A stretch of 64,000 nt of DNA from assembly GCA_036401595.1 (NCBI GenBank), contig DASWUM010000020.1, forward strand, positions 4,784 through 68,783. Reading direction: 5' to 3'. The notes under the pieces were generated by a model. It was not told the origin of the DNA and did no database searches. It was given only the letters and a program-made list of their open reading frames with translations. Each line of letters opens with the position of its first letter. The stretch's first letter is position 1. Both the position numbers and the translations under genes were made by a program. Source of the stretch: Pyrinomonadaceae bacterium (GTDB taxonomy: Bacteria; Acidobacteriota; Blastocatellia; Pyrinomonadales; Pyrinomonadaceae). Below are positions 17,171 to 26,015 of the stretch, in pieces.

Positions 17171-18148
17171 TTACGGTTTGGGCGGTAACGGCTTCTGCAA
17201 CGCCGCGTTAATGAATTCAGTTAACCCGGCATCACTGTTGTTATGTCGAAACTTATAATAGGTCGACATCTGCGTTAGCCACTCGTTACGACTCTGCTGT
17301 GTTTTTGGATCAGTTCCCGCCGATGCGATTGCGCGCGCGTAAGCGTCGACAATGCGGTCCATCACGACTCCCAACTTCTCGAGCGCGGCCTTACTTGCCG
17401 GCGTCTCGGGCTTGTCGGCAAAGTCTTTTTGATAAGCCGCTGACAACGTCTTGTAAGGACCGGATTCATAAGCTACGGCCAGGAAGTAATAGGTCGAAGG
17501 AGTCTTCTTGATATCACTTTCATACTGCGCCGCTTTGAGCAGTGGATCGATTGCCTGTTCGGGCGATGTTTTGAGTGTCAGGTAACCGACAGCATAGTTG
17601 AGATAAGCGAGCGTATCGTCCTTACCTTTGAATGGCGCCCACTCAGTCGGCGTCTTGCCTGACTCGATCGCCTGAATCGCAGTGCGCGCGTAGTCGAGGG
17701 CCGTGGCGTTGAACTGCTCGTTCTTTGAAGACGAAGCGATATAACCAGCGTAGCCGAGGTCTATCTGGGCACGCAGATAATTCGGTTCGTCTGACAGAAT
17801 TTTGGCGCCCGTACTGTAGGCTTCTGCGAATTTCTTCTCGTTGATGTAAATCGGCAGGTTCCGCTTACGCTCATCGCGTTCGTAAGCCGCCGTCCACTTC
17901 GACAGATAATCGGTGTACTGGTCTTTGTCTTTGTTGTACTTGGTTAGATAGTCCCGGGCAGCCTGATAGGCAAGGGCGGGATTCGGGACGCGATTGTCGA
18001 CGAACCGTTTGTAGATTTCGATCTTGACCGGATCGTCCGTCTCCTGGGCAAACACTATCGATTGCCTTGAGCCCACCGCCAAAAGCGTAAGCCCCAGCAC
18101 GGCCGACAACATTAACCTGGGGGCCAATCTCTTTCCTGGCAACTTCAT
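17171..18148 (-). CDS. hypothetical exported helical (TPR-like) protein
   Basis: Signal peptide LMLSAVLGLTLLAVGSRQSIVFAQ. The rest is an alpha-helical repeat-like sequence with no specific family recognised. Confidence 0.6.
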   Translation of the reverse strand: MKLPGKRLAPRLMLSAVLGLTLLAVGSRQSIVFAQETDDPVKIEIYKRFVDNRVPNPALAYQAARDYLTKYNKDKDQYTDYLSKWTAAYERDERKRNLPIYINEKKFAEAYSTGAKILSDEPNYLRAQIDLGYAGYIASSSKNEQFNATALDYARTAIQAIESGKTPTEWAPFKGKDDTLAYLNYAVGYLTLKTSPEQAIDPLLKAAQYESDIKKTPSTYYFLAVAYESGPYKTLSAAYQKDFADKPETPASKAALEKLGVVMDRIVDAYARAIASAGTDPKTQQSRNEWLTQMSTYYKFRHNNSDAGLTEFINAALQKPLPPKP

Positions 18149-18274
18149 ATCAACTCTCCTCCGCTCCGTCTCGTCCGAACACCTGAGGCCTTAGACGCTC
18201 GCACGCCCGCTAAGGGTTTTATCAGCGTGAGGTTATAATCATTATGTTTTCATACAGCATGATAGGGAAACTAA

Positions 18275-20269
18275 ATGACCGGCACAACCGATACACGTCC
18301 TGAAAATATCAAATTCTCGGGCCGCATTCTATTCTTAACTGACGAGACCGCCCTGATACGCCAGCAGCTCGAAGCCACCGGCGACGCCGCGACCGCGCTC
18401 GAAGCCGATCTCGCGGCACGTCTGCTCAACGGCGACCTGCCGTTAATGAGCAATATCTCCACCGACGAAATCACACCCGGATGGGTCTGTTTCTACTATG
18501 ACGAAACACTCGGGCAATACGTTTATGTCGGCATGCGCGAAAGCGCGGTCAAGAAAGACGAAGTGAAAAACGGCGGCTTTGCCGTCGTCGTTTCCGGACT
18601 TTCAAAGGGCTGCGGCTCTTCGCGCGAGACAGCTCCTTACGCCGAGAAGGCAGCCGGCATCCAGCTTGTGATTGCAAAAAGTATCGAGAAGATTTACGGA
18701 CAGAACTCACAAAACATCGGTCTGTTGACGTCAACCGATTTTGGATTGATCGAACGCATCCGACGCGGCGAAGAGATTCCGCTCTCGGAGTTCACCAAAG
18801 GTCTGGATCCGATCTCGCAGGACATCGTCACTCATGGCGGACTGTTCAACTACAACAAGGCGCGGCTGTCAGGGAAAGTTTCTCCGCCGCCGATCGAAAC
18901 CGCGCCGCGTCCGATGACGATCGTCGAAAAGATTATCGCGCGTCATGCGTTTGTGACCGCCGGCAAGATCGGTATTCCCACGGTGAAGCCCGGCGATGCG
19001 TTGTTTGCGCTAGCCGACGTTCGATTCTCACATGAATACGTCACGCCGATGGCTGAGTCGCTGTTCAAACATGCGCTTGGGCCAGACGCACGCGTCTCGT
19101 CGCCCGAGTCGGTGTTTGCCTTCCGCGATCACCTGACTTTTCTCGGGCGTGTGATGTCGCCGAAGCATCGTGAAATGGGTCTGCTGGAGAAGGCCGAAGG
19201 TTTGGCGACCACGCAGCAGAGTTTTACCGAACAACAGAACATCCGTCTCTACGGGGAGAGTCCCGAAGGTGGTTCCGAAGCTATCTGTCACAACGCCGTC
19301 GTTGAGGATCTCGCACTGCCCGGACAGATCGTCATCGGCACTGATTCGCACACGTGCATGGCCGGCGTGCTCGGCTGCTTCGCTTTTGGCGTCGGCTCAA
19401 CCGACATGGCGAACGCGTGGTACACGAAAGACATTCGCATTCGTGTTCCTGAGACGGTGCGTTACGTGCTGAAAGGAAAGAAGCGCGAAGACGTCGCGGC
19501 GAAAGACGTGATGCTCTTCATACTCGCTTCGGAGTACATGAAGTCGAGCAAAGGCATCGGCAAAGTGCTCGAGTTTGCCGGCGAGGACTTGAAGAACTGG
19601 CCCATGGACGAACGAGCGACGCTGACAAATATGGCCGTCGAGGCCGGCGGCACAACCGGCATCATTGAACCCGACGAAGTCACGCTCGATTACGTCGTGC
19701 AAACACGCGGGCTCGACGCCGACGAAGTTCGTAAAGGATTTATCTACAGCGACGAGGATGCCGAGTACGCGGCCGTCTTCGAGATCGATCTGGACGAGAT
19801 TGGTCCGATGGTGGCCACGCCGGGCGATCCGCGAAACGGAATTCCGATTGAGGATCTCGACGAGGTTCGCATTGACGCCGCTTACGGCGGTTCATGTACC
19901 GGCGGCAAGATGGCCGACATGGATATGTATGCCGAGGTGCTGGAAAACGCCCTCGCGAATGGCAAACGAGTGGCCGAAGGTGTGCACCTGTACATTCAGT
20001 TTGGCTCGCAGAAAATCAAGCAATACGCACGGCAGCGAGGCTATATCGACATCTTCGAACGCGCCGGCGCTGAGCTGATCGACCCCTCGTGCGGCGCTTG
20101 TATCAATGCCGGCCCGGGCGCCTCGCCTTCGGCGGAAACCGTCACCGTCAGCGCCCAGAATCGAAATTTTCCAGGCCGCAGTGGCCCCGGCAAGCTCTAC
20201 CTCGCCTCACCCTACGTAGTCGCCGCCTCCGCGATCGCCGGCAAGATCGTCGATCCCAAGGAGATCTAG
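18275..20269 (+). CDS. aconitase-family hydro-lyase with N-terminal swivel (LeuD-like) domain fused to the catalytic (LeuC-like) domains
   Basis: N-terminal LeuD-like motifs: ISTDEITPG and GCGSSRETAPYAEKAAGIQLVIAKS. Catalytic motifs: GTDSHTCMAG, GGSCTGGKMADM, CGACINAGPG and SAQNRNFPGRSG, which supply the three Fe-S cysteines. Confidence 0.8.
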   Translation: MTGTTDTRPENIKFSGRILFLTDETALIRQQLEATGDAATALEADLAARLLNGDLPLMSNISTDEITPGWVCFYYDETLGQYVYVGMRESAVKKDEVKNGGFAVVVSGLSKGCGSSRETAPYAEKAAGIQLVIAKSIEKIYGQNSQNIGLLTSTDFGLIERIRRGEEIPLSEFTKGLDPISQDIVTHGGLFNYNKARLSGKVSPPPIETAPRPMTIVEKIIARHAFVTAGKIGIPTVKPGDALFALADVRFSHEYVTPMAESLFKHALGPDARVSSPESVFAFRDHLTFLGRVMSPKHREMGLLEKAEGLATTQQSFTEQQNIRLYGESPEGGSEAICHNAVVEDLALPGQIVIGTDSHTCMAGVLGCFAFGVGSTDMANAWYTKDIRIRVPETVRYVLKGKKREDVAAKDVMLFILASEYMKSSKGIGKVLEFAGEDLKNWPMDERATLTNMAVEAGGTTGIIEPDEVTLDYVVQTRGLDADEVRKGFIYSDEDAEYAAVFEIDLDEIGPMVATPGDPRNGIPIEDLDEVRIDAAYGGSCTGGKMADMDMYAEVLENALANGKRVAEGVHLYIQFGSQKIKQYARQRGYIDIFERAGAELIDPSCGACINAGPGASPSAETVTVSAQNRNFPGRSGPGKLYLASPYVVAASAIAGKIVDPKEI

Positions 20270-20300
20270 CCACGGATTAAACGGATCCGTGGCTGATTTT
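20268..20300 (+). terminator. likely intrinsic terminator formed by an AGCCAC-capped repeat
   Basis: agccacggat-taaacgg-atccgtggct forms a 10-bp stem, followed by gatttt. It overlaps the TAG stop at 20267-20269. Confidence 0.65.
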
Positions 20301-20303
20301 CAC

Positions 20304-20317
20304 TGAAACTTTTCGCC
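20304..20317 (+). promoter_or_regulatory. candidate ECF-type -35 element (TGAAACTTTTCGCC), paralogue of 2797-2809
   Basis: It shares TG(T/A)AACTTTT(C)GCC with the module-1 upstream region and lies 32 nt upstream of the ATG at 20349. Confidence 0.3.
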
Positions 20318-20348
20318 CTCGCCCTGCACTAACCTACCGAGAGAGACG

Positions 20349-20939
20349 ATGAGTGCATTCGCGGGAACTCTGATGAACAGTTCAGCAGACCTTGTCACTC
20401 GCGTATGCCAGGGTGACGCCGAAGCCTTTCGTCTGATTTTTGAAAGGTATTCGCGGCCCGTCATCAGTTTCATCTATGACATGGTTAACGACCGCGGGCT
20501 GGCCGAAGAGCTGACGCAGGAGACTTTCGTCCGCGCTTTCCGTGCGATTCATACGATGCGCACGGAAACGAAACTCTCCACCTGGCTCTTCGGCATCGCG
20601 CGAAACGTCGCGCGCGAATCGCTTCGGGCACGCGCCCGCGCCAACAGTCACGTCGATCTCGCGGATAAATCGGTTATGGATTTGAGCGACAACAAACCGG
20701 TGCCAGTCGATGGATTGCTGAGCAAGGAGTTGAACGAACTGATCCGGCGCTCCCTCGCCGCACTCGACGAAGACAAGCGGCTGGTATTCACGCTCAAGGT
20801 GCTGCACCAATGCAGTTACGAAGAGATTGCAACGATCACGGGGTTTTCAATGGCAAAGTTGAAGACTGATTTGCATCGCGCTCGCGCCGAGATGAGAAAG
20901 CGAATCAGTCCCTACGCTGGAGTTGGTTATGAAGTGTGA
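20349..20939 (+). CDS. ECF sigma-70 family RNA polymerase sigma factor, module 2
   Basis: Region 2 is FRLIFERYSRPVISFIYDMVNDRGLAEELTQETFVRAF. Region 4 is LDEDKRLVFTLKVLHQCSYEEIATITGFSMAKLKTDLHRARAEMRK. Confidence 0.9.
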   Translation: MSAFAGTLMNSSADLVTRVCQGDAEAFRLIFERYSRPVISFIYDMVNDRGLAEELTQETFVRAFRAIHTMRTETKLSTWLFGIARNVARESLRARARANSHVDLADKSVMDLSDNKPVPVDGLLSKELNELIRRSLAALDEDKRLVFTLKVLHQCSYEEIATITGFSMAKLKTDLHRARAEMRKRISPYAGVGYEV

Positions 20940-21831
20940 AGTTTGTTTAGAGTCTTTGGAAGAATATCTCGACGGCGAACTCGCCGCGGAGACGAGCGAG
21001 CAGATCGATGCACATTTGATTACGTGCAGCGAATGCTCGACGAGTTTTGCAACGCTCAACGCGGAACAGGAGATCTTCGCGCGTTACGATCGTGAGATCG
21101 AAGTATCGCCGTTCATGTGGACCAGGGTCGCGGCCCACACGGTTTCCGAAAGCAATATCGCAAAACGCGGTTGGTTGGCGACTCTTATTAGAAGACCATC
21201 GCTCGCAAGTGCTATCGCACTGTCGCTGATCGTGGCTTTAATCGGAGGCGTTTACTTTTTAACGAAGCATAAATCTCCCGATTCAACCATAGCGACGACT
21301 CCTTCACAGATCCCAAGCCCAAATCCGGTTCGTGAATCCGTCCAATCCGCGGCCCCTAAACGTGAAGTGATCGCATCGCAAAAGAAACAGGCATCCCGAG
21401 TTCAACCGCCGGTCGTCGTTCACGTACCAACTGATCAATCCGATGTGTTGTCATCTGACACTGGCTATCTCGATATCGACGATCAGGACACCGCCAAGCA
21501 CATCGAACAAACTCAGATTCTTTTGCGCTCGATCAAGAACGTCGCCATCGCTGACGGCGACGACGAAATCGACGTCACTTACGACAAAGCACTCTCGCGT
21601 CGCCTGCTGAATGAAAACGTCGTGCTCCGGCGCGACGCCGAGATGAAGGCAAAATTTCCTACTAAAACGTTGCTCGCCGATCTGGAGCCATTCCTGATCG
21701 ACATCGCAAACCTGCCCGACCACGCGAAGGCTGAAGATGTGCGTGTGATCAAGGAGCGGGTGCAAAAAACCGAGATTGTAGCGGCATTAGTCGACTATCA
21801 GGACCGGGGCACAATCATCGTCAAAGAATAG
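20929..21831 (+). CDS. anti-sigma factor, zf-HC2 type, module 2
   Basis: MKCEVCLESLEEYLDGELAAETSEQIDAHLITCSECSTSF carries the H-x3-C-x2-C motif. TM segment is ASAIALSLIVALIGGVYFL. The C-terminus LLADLEPFLIDIANLPDHAKAEDVRVIKERVQKTEIV is paralogous to module 1. ATG 20929 (RBS ggag at 20918-20921) overlaps the sigma gene by 11 nt. The track start at 20923 is TTG. Confidence 0.85.
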   Translation: MKCEVCLESLEEYLDGELAAETSEQIDAHLITCSECSTSFATLNAEQEIFARYDREIEVSPFMWTRVAAHTVSESNIAKRGWLATLIRRPSLASAIALSLIVALIGGVYFLTKHKSPDSTIATTPSQIPSPNPVRESVQSAAPKREVIASQKKQASRVQPPVVVHVPTDQSDVLSSDTGYLDIDDQDTAKHIEQTQILLRSIKNVAIADGDDEIDVTYDKALSRRLLNENVVLRRDAEMKAKFPTKTLLADLEPFLIDIANLPDHAKAEDVRVIKERVQKTEIVAALVDYQDRGTIIVKE

Positions 21832-21842
21832 AGGCTAAATCC

Positions 21843-23426
21843 ATGTTGAAGAACCTTACAGCGAATACGGCAACCGCAATGACGCGCGCCCGGTTTGTAC
21901 TGATCACTCTCTTAATCACCTTGATGGCTGGTGTAGCCAGTGCGCAGGGGCAGCGCGCCGCCTCCCAATCAAGTTCGGCAAGTTCGGCAAGTTCGTCCAA
22001 CCGCAATCAAAGCGACGCCACTACAGTGTTTCGCAGCGCGCGTGACCTTATCACCGACGGTGAGTGGGCCAAGGCTCAGGCGGAGTTTGATAAGTACGTA
22101 AATCAATATCCGAACGAGAAGAACGTCGACGCCGCGCTCTACTGGCTCGCCTACACGCAACAGCGATTGGCTGAGTATGACCGAGCCCGCACGACGCTCG
22201 AGCGCCTGCTGGAAAAGTATCCCAACACCGCGTGGAAAGACGACGCGCGCGTCCTCTTGGCCCAGGTGCCGGGTTATGCAGCAAAAGCAGCAGCCTCCGA
22301 TGAACTGCTTCAGCAATTAAGAGTCGCCACCACCATTACACCGAAATTTGAAAGCGCTTATGTTCTTGCTCCCGGTGCACCGGTAGACGTAACACCTGCC
22401 CAGGCTCAAGCAATTGCAAAGACAGTTTGGTCTGTCGATGAAGCCAGTAACTCGGCCGACGATGACGATCCGTGTGAATTCAAGATCGTCGTGTTGCAAG
22501 CCCTGTTTCAAACCGATGTCCAGCGCGGCATCATGGCCGCGACTGAATGGCTCAAGCCAGGTTCGACGCAAACCGTGCGTTGCAAAGGCGCCGCATTGGC
22601 TCTGCTCGGCCGCAACGGCGGCAAGTCAGTGACGCCAGTATTACTCGGCGTAGCGCGCAGTGAACCGGATCTGAAACTGCGAGCGCGTGCAATCTCCGCA
22701 CTCGGCGCCAGCAACGACGACAGCGTTGTCGATGCACTCCGTGACTTCGCCCTCAATTCACCGGAAAACGATATCGTCGAAGCATCGCTCTACGCCTTGA
22801 GTAGACACACCGGCGAACGTGCGATCGCAGTGCTGAGCGATATCGCAATCAGCGGTAAGACAACTCCGCAACGAAAGCTCGCCATCTCGAGCATTGCGAC
22901 TCGACCTGGCGAACCTGCTGTCGACGCGCTACTGCGGATTTATGACGCAGATCAGACTGTGGAGATTCGCCGCACCGTTATCTCCGGCTTCGGAAATCGC
23001 AAGAGTGAACGAGCAGGCGCCAAACTCTTCGACATCGCGCGCGGCTCAGACACTATCGAACTTCGCAAAGCAGCCATTAGTGCGATTTCGCGACGCGGCG
23101 GAGACAAGGCAATCGAGTTTCTGCTCAGTCTGTACGACACCGAGAAGAACGAGGAGTTGAGAGATCAGATTATTAGTGCGCTGGGTTACGGCAGCAACGT
23201 GTACGTCACCACTCCTGTGGCAGTTGGCTCAGGACAAGGTCTCGGCTACGGCGTGGGCAGCGGCAGTTCAAATAGCAGGATGAATGACCAGCGTGTGATT
23301 CAGAAATTTATCGAGATCGCGCGGGATCAGAAGGCTCCGATGGAACGCCGCAAACGCGCCATCGGCTGGCTGAGCCGCAGTAAAGATCCCTCAGTGCTTA
23401 AGTTTCTTGAGGACTTGTTGAAATAA
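21843..23426 (+). CDS. exported HEAT-repeat protein with N-terminal YbgF/BamD-like TPR segment, module 2
   Basis: DAALYWLAYTQQRLAEYDRARTTLERLLEKYPNTAWKDDA is paralogous to 4512-6020. HEAT units include LRIYDADQTVEIRRTVISGF...KLFDIARGSDTIELRKAAISAI. It has the same C-terminal tail, KDPSVLKFLEDLLK versus KDPEALKFLEDLLK. Confidence 0.8.
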   Translation: MLKNLTANTATAMTRARFVLITLLITLMAGVASAQGQRAASQSSSASSASSSNRNQSDATTVFRSARDLITDGEWAKAQAEFDKYVNQYPNEKNVDAALYWLAYTQQRLAEYDRARTTLERLLEKYPNTAWKDDARVLLAQVPGYAAKAAASDELLQQLRVATTITPKFESAYVLAPGAPVDVTPAQAQAIAKTVWSVDEASNSADDDDPCEFKIVVLQALFQTDVQRGIMAATEWLKPGSTQTVRCKGAALALLGRNGGKSVTPVLLGVARSEPDLKLRARAISALGASNDDSVVDALRDFALNSPENDIVEASLYALSRHTGERAIAVLSDIAISGKTTPQRKLAISSIATRPGEPAVDALLRIYDADQTVEIRRTVISGFGNRKSERAGAKLFDIARGSDTIELRKAAISAISRRGGDKAIEFLLSLYDTEKNEELRDQIISALGYGSNVYVTTPVAVGSGQGLGYGVGSGSSNSRMNDQRVIQKFIEIARDQKAPMERRKRAIGWLSRSKDPSVLKFLEDLLK

Positions 23427-23459
23427 ATGGCAGCCACGAAACGTCTAAGGATCAGGATT

Positions 23460-24608
23460 ATGATTCGAAGAAACATAATCTCAGTAGTAATCGTTCTGGC
23501 TTTAAGCGCCGTTGCATTAGGGCAAACCAGGAACTTTACGCCCGTAGACGGCGCCAATCTCAAGGCCAAAATCGACGGCGCCATCATCGCCGGCAAGGCG
23601 AATACACCAAATGGTCGATTTTGGATCGGTTATCAATTCGAAGTTCGACCCGGTGTCGCGATAGATTTTGAGTTAGTCGACAGTGCCGGCGGTGTTTATA
23701 TGTCGATGGACGGAACCTCCATGATGTTCGATCCGCGTCACGAAACACGAGAACTCGGGCTGTTTCTGCTCTACGACACACAGAACGACTCATTCACGCG
23801 AGCAGAAGTCTACAATCTGCGCCGCAATCGCGAATTCAGCAGCTATCCCGTCTACTGGGCCGGACACATCACGAACGAAGAGAGCTTGAACTATCTGAAG
23901 TCGATCGTGGATTCGCCTGCGCCGGAGATAAACCGGCTCTCCGAACGCGCAACGTTCGCCATTGCCCTGCACGACGATGCGCGCGTCGATCCGATACTCA
24001 TGGAAATGGTCCGCAGACCAGTCGCCGATCCGATGCGCTCGCGAGCCATTTACTGGCTTGGGAACACCGGTGAGAGTGCGGCCAAAAATACTTTCTTCAC
24101 CGAGATCGTTCGTAACAACCAGGAAAGCACTGAGGCTCGTAACTCGGCGATGTCGGGGCTGGCAATGAGCCGCTCGGCCGCCACCCTCCCGCTTCTGCAG
24201 AACCTGTTTGAGACGATGACCACGCGGGAATTGAAGCGCCGCGCCCTCGGCGGCATGGCTCGGAACGACAACAGCGATGCTGCGGCAACGTACCTCATCA
24301 GAGTTGCCGAAACTGAAAAGGATCTCGAGTTGCGCAAGAGCGCCATCTCGAGTCTCGGGCGTATTGCAGGTCAAAAAAGTCTAGGAGCCCTAACTAACAC
24401 TCTCGACAACGATGTCGATCTCGAAATCCAGAAGCAGGCAGTAATTGTCATTGGACGTCGTGCGAAAGATGAAGCAATCCCAATTCTGATTCGCACAGCC
24501 CGGAACCATCCAAAAATGCCCGTCCGAAAACTGGCCATTCAGATGCTCGGACAAACTGGAGATGAACGCGCCGTCGCGTTCTTCAGAGAACTTTTGAGCA
24601 AGGATTAA
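23460..24608 (+). CDS. exported protein with uncharacterised N-terminal domain plus HEAT repeats, module 2
   Basis: YQFEVRPGVAID and EVYNLRRNREFSSYPVYWAGHITNEESLNYL are paralogous to 6092-7678. I prefer the start MIRRNIISVVIVLALSAVALGQ at 23460 (RBS aagga at 23446-23450). ATG 23427 is an alternative. Confidence 0.8.
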   Translation: MIRRNIISVVIVLALSAVALGQTRNFTPVDGANLKAKIDGAIIAGKANTPNGRFWIGYQFEVRPGVAIDFELVDSAGGVYMSMDGTSMMFDPRHETRELGLFLLYDTQNDSFTRAEVYNLRRNREFSSYPVYWAGHITNEESLNYLKSIVDSPAPEINRLSERATFAIALHDDARVDPILMEMVRRPVADPMRSRAIYWLGNTGESAAKNTFFTEIVRNNQESTEARNSAMSGLAMSRSAATLPLLQNLFETMTTRELKRRALGGMARNDNSDAAATYLIRVAETEKDLELRKSAISSLGRIAGQKSLGALTNTLDNDVDLEIQKQAVIVIGRRAKDEAIPILIRTARNHPKMPVRKLAIQMLGQTGDERAVAFFRELLSKD

Positions 24609-24612
24609 AGTA

Positions 24613-24936
24613 ATGAGCAGTTCATTTCACAATATCAACACCTTGAGAGAGGCGGCGATCACACTCCTACGTGAAGTGGAATCGCTTGCCAGTCAGCAGG
24701 AACCGCCAACTTCCCAGCGGCTCGGGCTTCAGGAAGAGGTGCAGCGATATGAAAGCGAACTAATTCGCGATGCACTTCACCGCACGCGCGGCAATCAGCG
24801 ACGTGCGGCTAAGCTTTTGGGCGTGAAGGTTACGACGCTCAATTGCAAGATCAAGCGACTCGGGCTCCAGCAGGTAGCCGCACAGGATCTTCCGGACTTG
24901 AACCAGGATAGCCAGGAGATAGCCTGTCCATCCTGA
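24613..24936 (+). CDS. small Fis-type helix-turn-helix DNA-binding protein (HTH_8 only)
   Basis: YESELIRDALHRTRGNQRRAAKLLGVKVTTLNCKIKRLGL matches the C-terminal DNA-binding domain of NtrC/Fis proteins. No receiver or AAA+ domain is present. It starts 4 nt after the HEAT gene stop. Confidence 0.8.
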   Translation: MSSSFHNINTLREAAITLLREVESLASQQEPPTSQRLGLQEEVQRYESELIRDALHRTRGNQRRAAKLLGVKVTTLNCKIKRLGLQQVAAQDLPDLNQDSQEIACPS

Positions 24937-24940
24937 AAGG

Positions 24941-24959
24941 AATCTGCGTAATCTGTGGA
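24941..24959. repeat. solo arm of the heptamer repeat (ATCTGCG / ATCTGTG)
   Basis: aatctgcgtaatctgtgga sits between convergent genes ending at 24936 (+) and 24970 (-). Confidence 0.65.
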
Positions 24960-24969
24960 GAAGACCTTC

Positions 24970-25926
24970 TCAACGCGTTGAGAGTTCGGCCACGATCTCT
25001 CTCACTGCCGCGCGCGCTTCTTCAACTTCTTCCGGCTTAAATGAAACGGCGCCGACTACGGCGTGACCGCCGCCACCGTACCGTTCGCAGATCTTTGCGA
25101 TGTTGTGCGTGCGTGGGACGGGCGCCCAGGGATTCGAACCCACCGAGATCTTCGTGCGTAGCACCCCGCGTGTAAGCGCGACGGAATAGGTCGCCTCGGG
25201 ATGCAGGTAGTAGGGAATGAACTTGTTGAAGCCTTCGTAACCCTCGTCAATCAGATCAAACTGGACCACGCCGTTTGCGCTCTTCGCTTTCCTGCGCACA
25301 GTTTCGAGCGTCTCGAGATGTTGTTTGAGAATGGGCTGGAAACGGCGCTGCACTTCCGCACTCGTCGCCACTTCTTCGAGCGACTGCACTGTAAGCTGCC
25401 GAATGATTTGTTCGATGAATGAATCGTCGGGATCGGCTTCGATCACCTGCATTAGTTGCAACGCCGGCTCTTTCAACTCGACGCACTGCGCGGGCGACTC
25501 GTAAAGCGCGCCGTCGATGACGTGAGCCCAGTGGACCAAAGACGCGATCGGTTCCGGGTTGAATCCAAATCGCTCGTGAGCGACGTCGGCAATAAACTCC
25601 GTGCACGACTTCCTTTCGGGATCGAGAAACTTCCTGCCTGACTTATCGGCGCGAAAGTGTGCTTCGTCTTCAGGCGTCAAAAACGCCGACTCATGATGAT
25701 CGAACCACCACGTCAGTTTCTCGGAAGCAGCGTATTTGAAATCAACGATGGCATTCTCGTCTGAATCGAACATGGCGAGGTCAAACAAGTTGCCGGGCCG
25801 ATGAAGCAGACCTTTGTATCTGACCTCCGCTTCCGGATGGATGCGTTCTTTGTAAAAACGCGTGAAGGTAGCCGCCGAAGCGACGCCGTCGAAACAGTGA
25901 CCGTGATAAAGGACGCGAAGGTTCAT
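24970..25926 (-). CDS. DHH family phosphoesterase-like protein
   Basis: YHGHCFDGVASAA is motif I-like. WWFDHHES contains the DHH motif. YGGGGHAVVGAVSF contains the DHHA1 GGGH motif. Confidence 0.6.
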   Translation of the reverse strand: MNLRVLYHGHCFDGVASAATFTRFYKERIHPEAEVRYKGLLHRPGNLFDLAMFDSDENAIVDFKYAASEKLTWWFDHHESAFLTPEDEAHFRADKSGRKFLDPERKSCTEFIADVAHERFGFNPEPIASLVHWAHVIDGALYESPAQCVELKEPALQLMQVIEADPDDSFIEQIIRQLTVQSLEEVATSAEVQRRFQPILKQHLETLETVRRKAKSANGVVQFDLIDEGYEGFNKFIPYYLHPEATYSVALTRGVLRTKISVGSNPWAPVPRTHNIAKICERYGGGGHAVVGAVSFKPEEVEEARAAVREIVAELSTR

Positions 25927-25941
25927 TTAAGATCAGTATTT

Positions 25942-26004
25942 GGCCGCAGATTTACGCAGATAAACGCGAATCAGATCCGCGTTCATCAGCGCAAATCCGC
26001 GGCT
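25942..26004. repeat. archetypal heptamer-phased palindromic repeat: three forward units, then three reverse units, 10-nt phase
   Basis: Read in 10-nt blocks: ggCCGCAGATtta CGCAGATaaa CGCGAATcag ATCCGCGttc ATCAGCGcaa ATCCGCGgct. The two arms are complementary at about 23 of 28 positions. Confidence 0.9.
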
Positions 26005-26015
26005 CAAAATAGGGT

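Noticed and set aside
18226-18240. tataat box upstream of the aconitase-family gene, considered as a sigma-70 promoter.
   Set aside because: There is no acceptable -35 element at 16-18-nt spacing and no TG extension, so it is too weak to report as a feature.
25942-26004. Whether the phased repeats could be a CRISPR array.
   Set aside because: The units are 7-8 nt with roughly 3-nt spacers (10-nt period), arranged as palindromes and scattered at many loci. There are no 25-40-nt repeats, no unique spacers and no cas genes.
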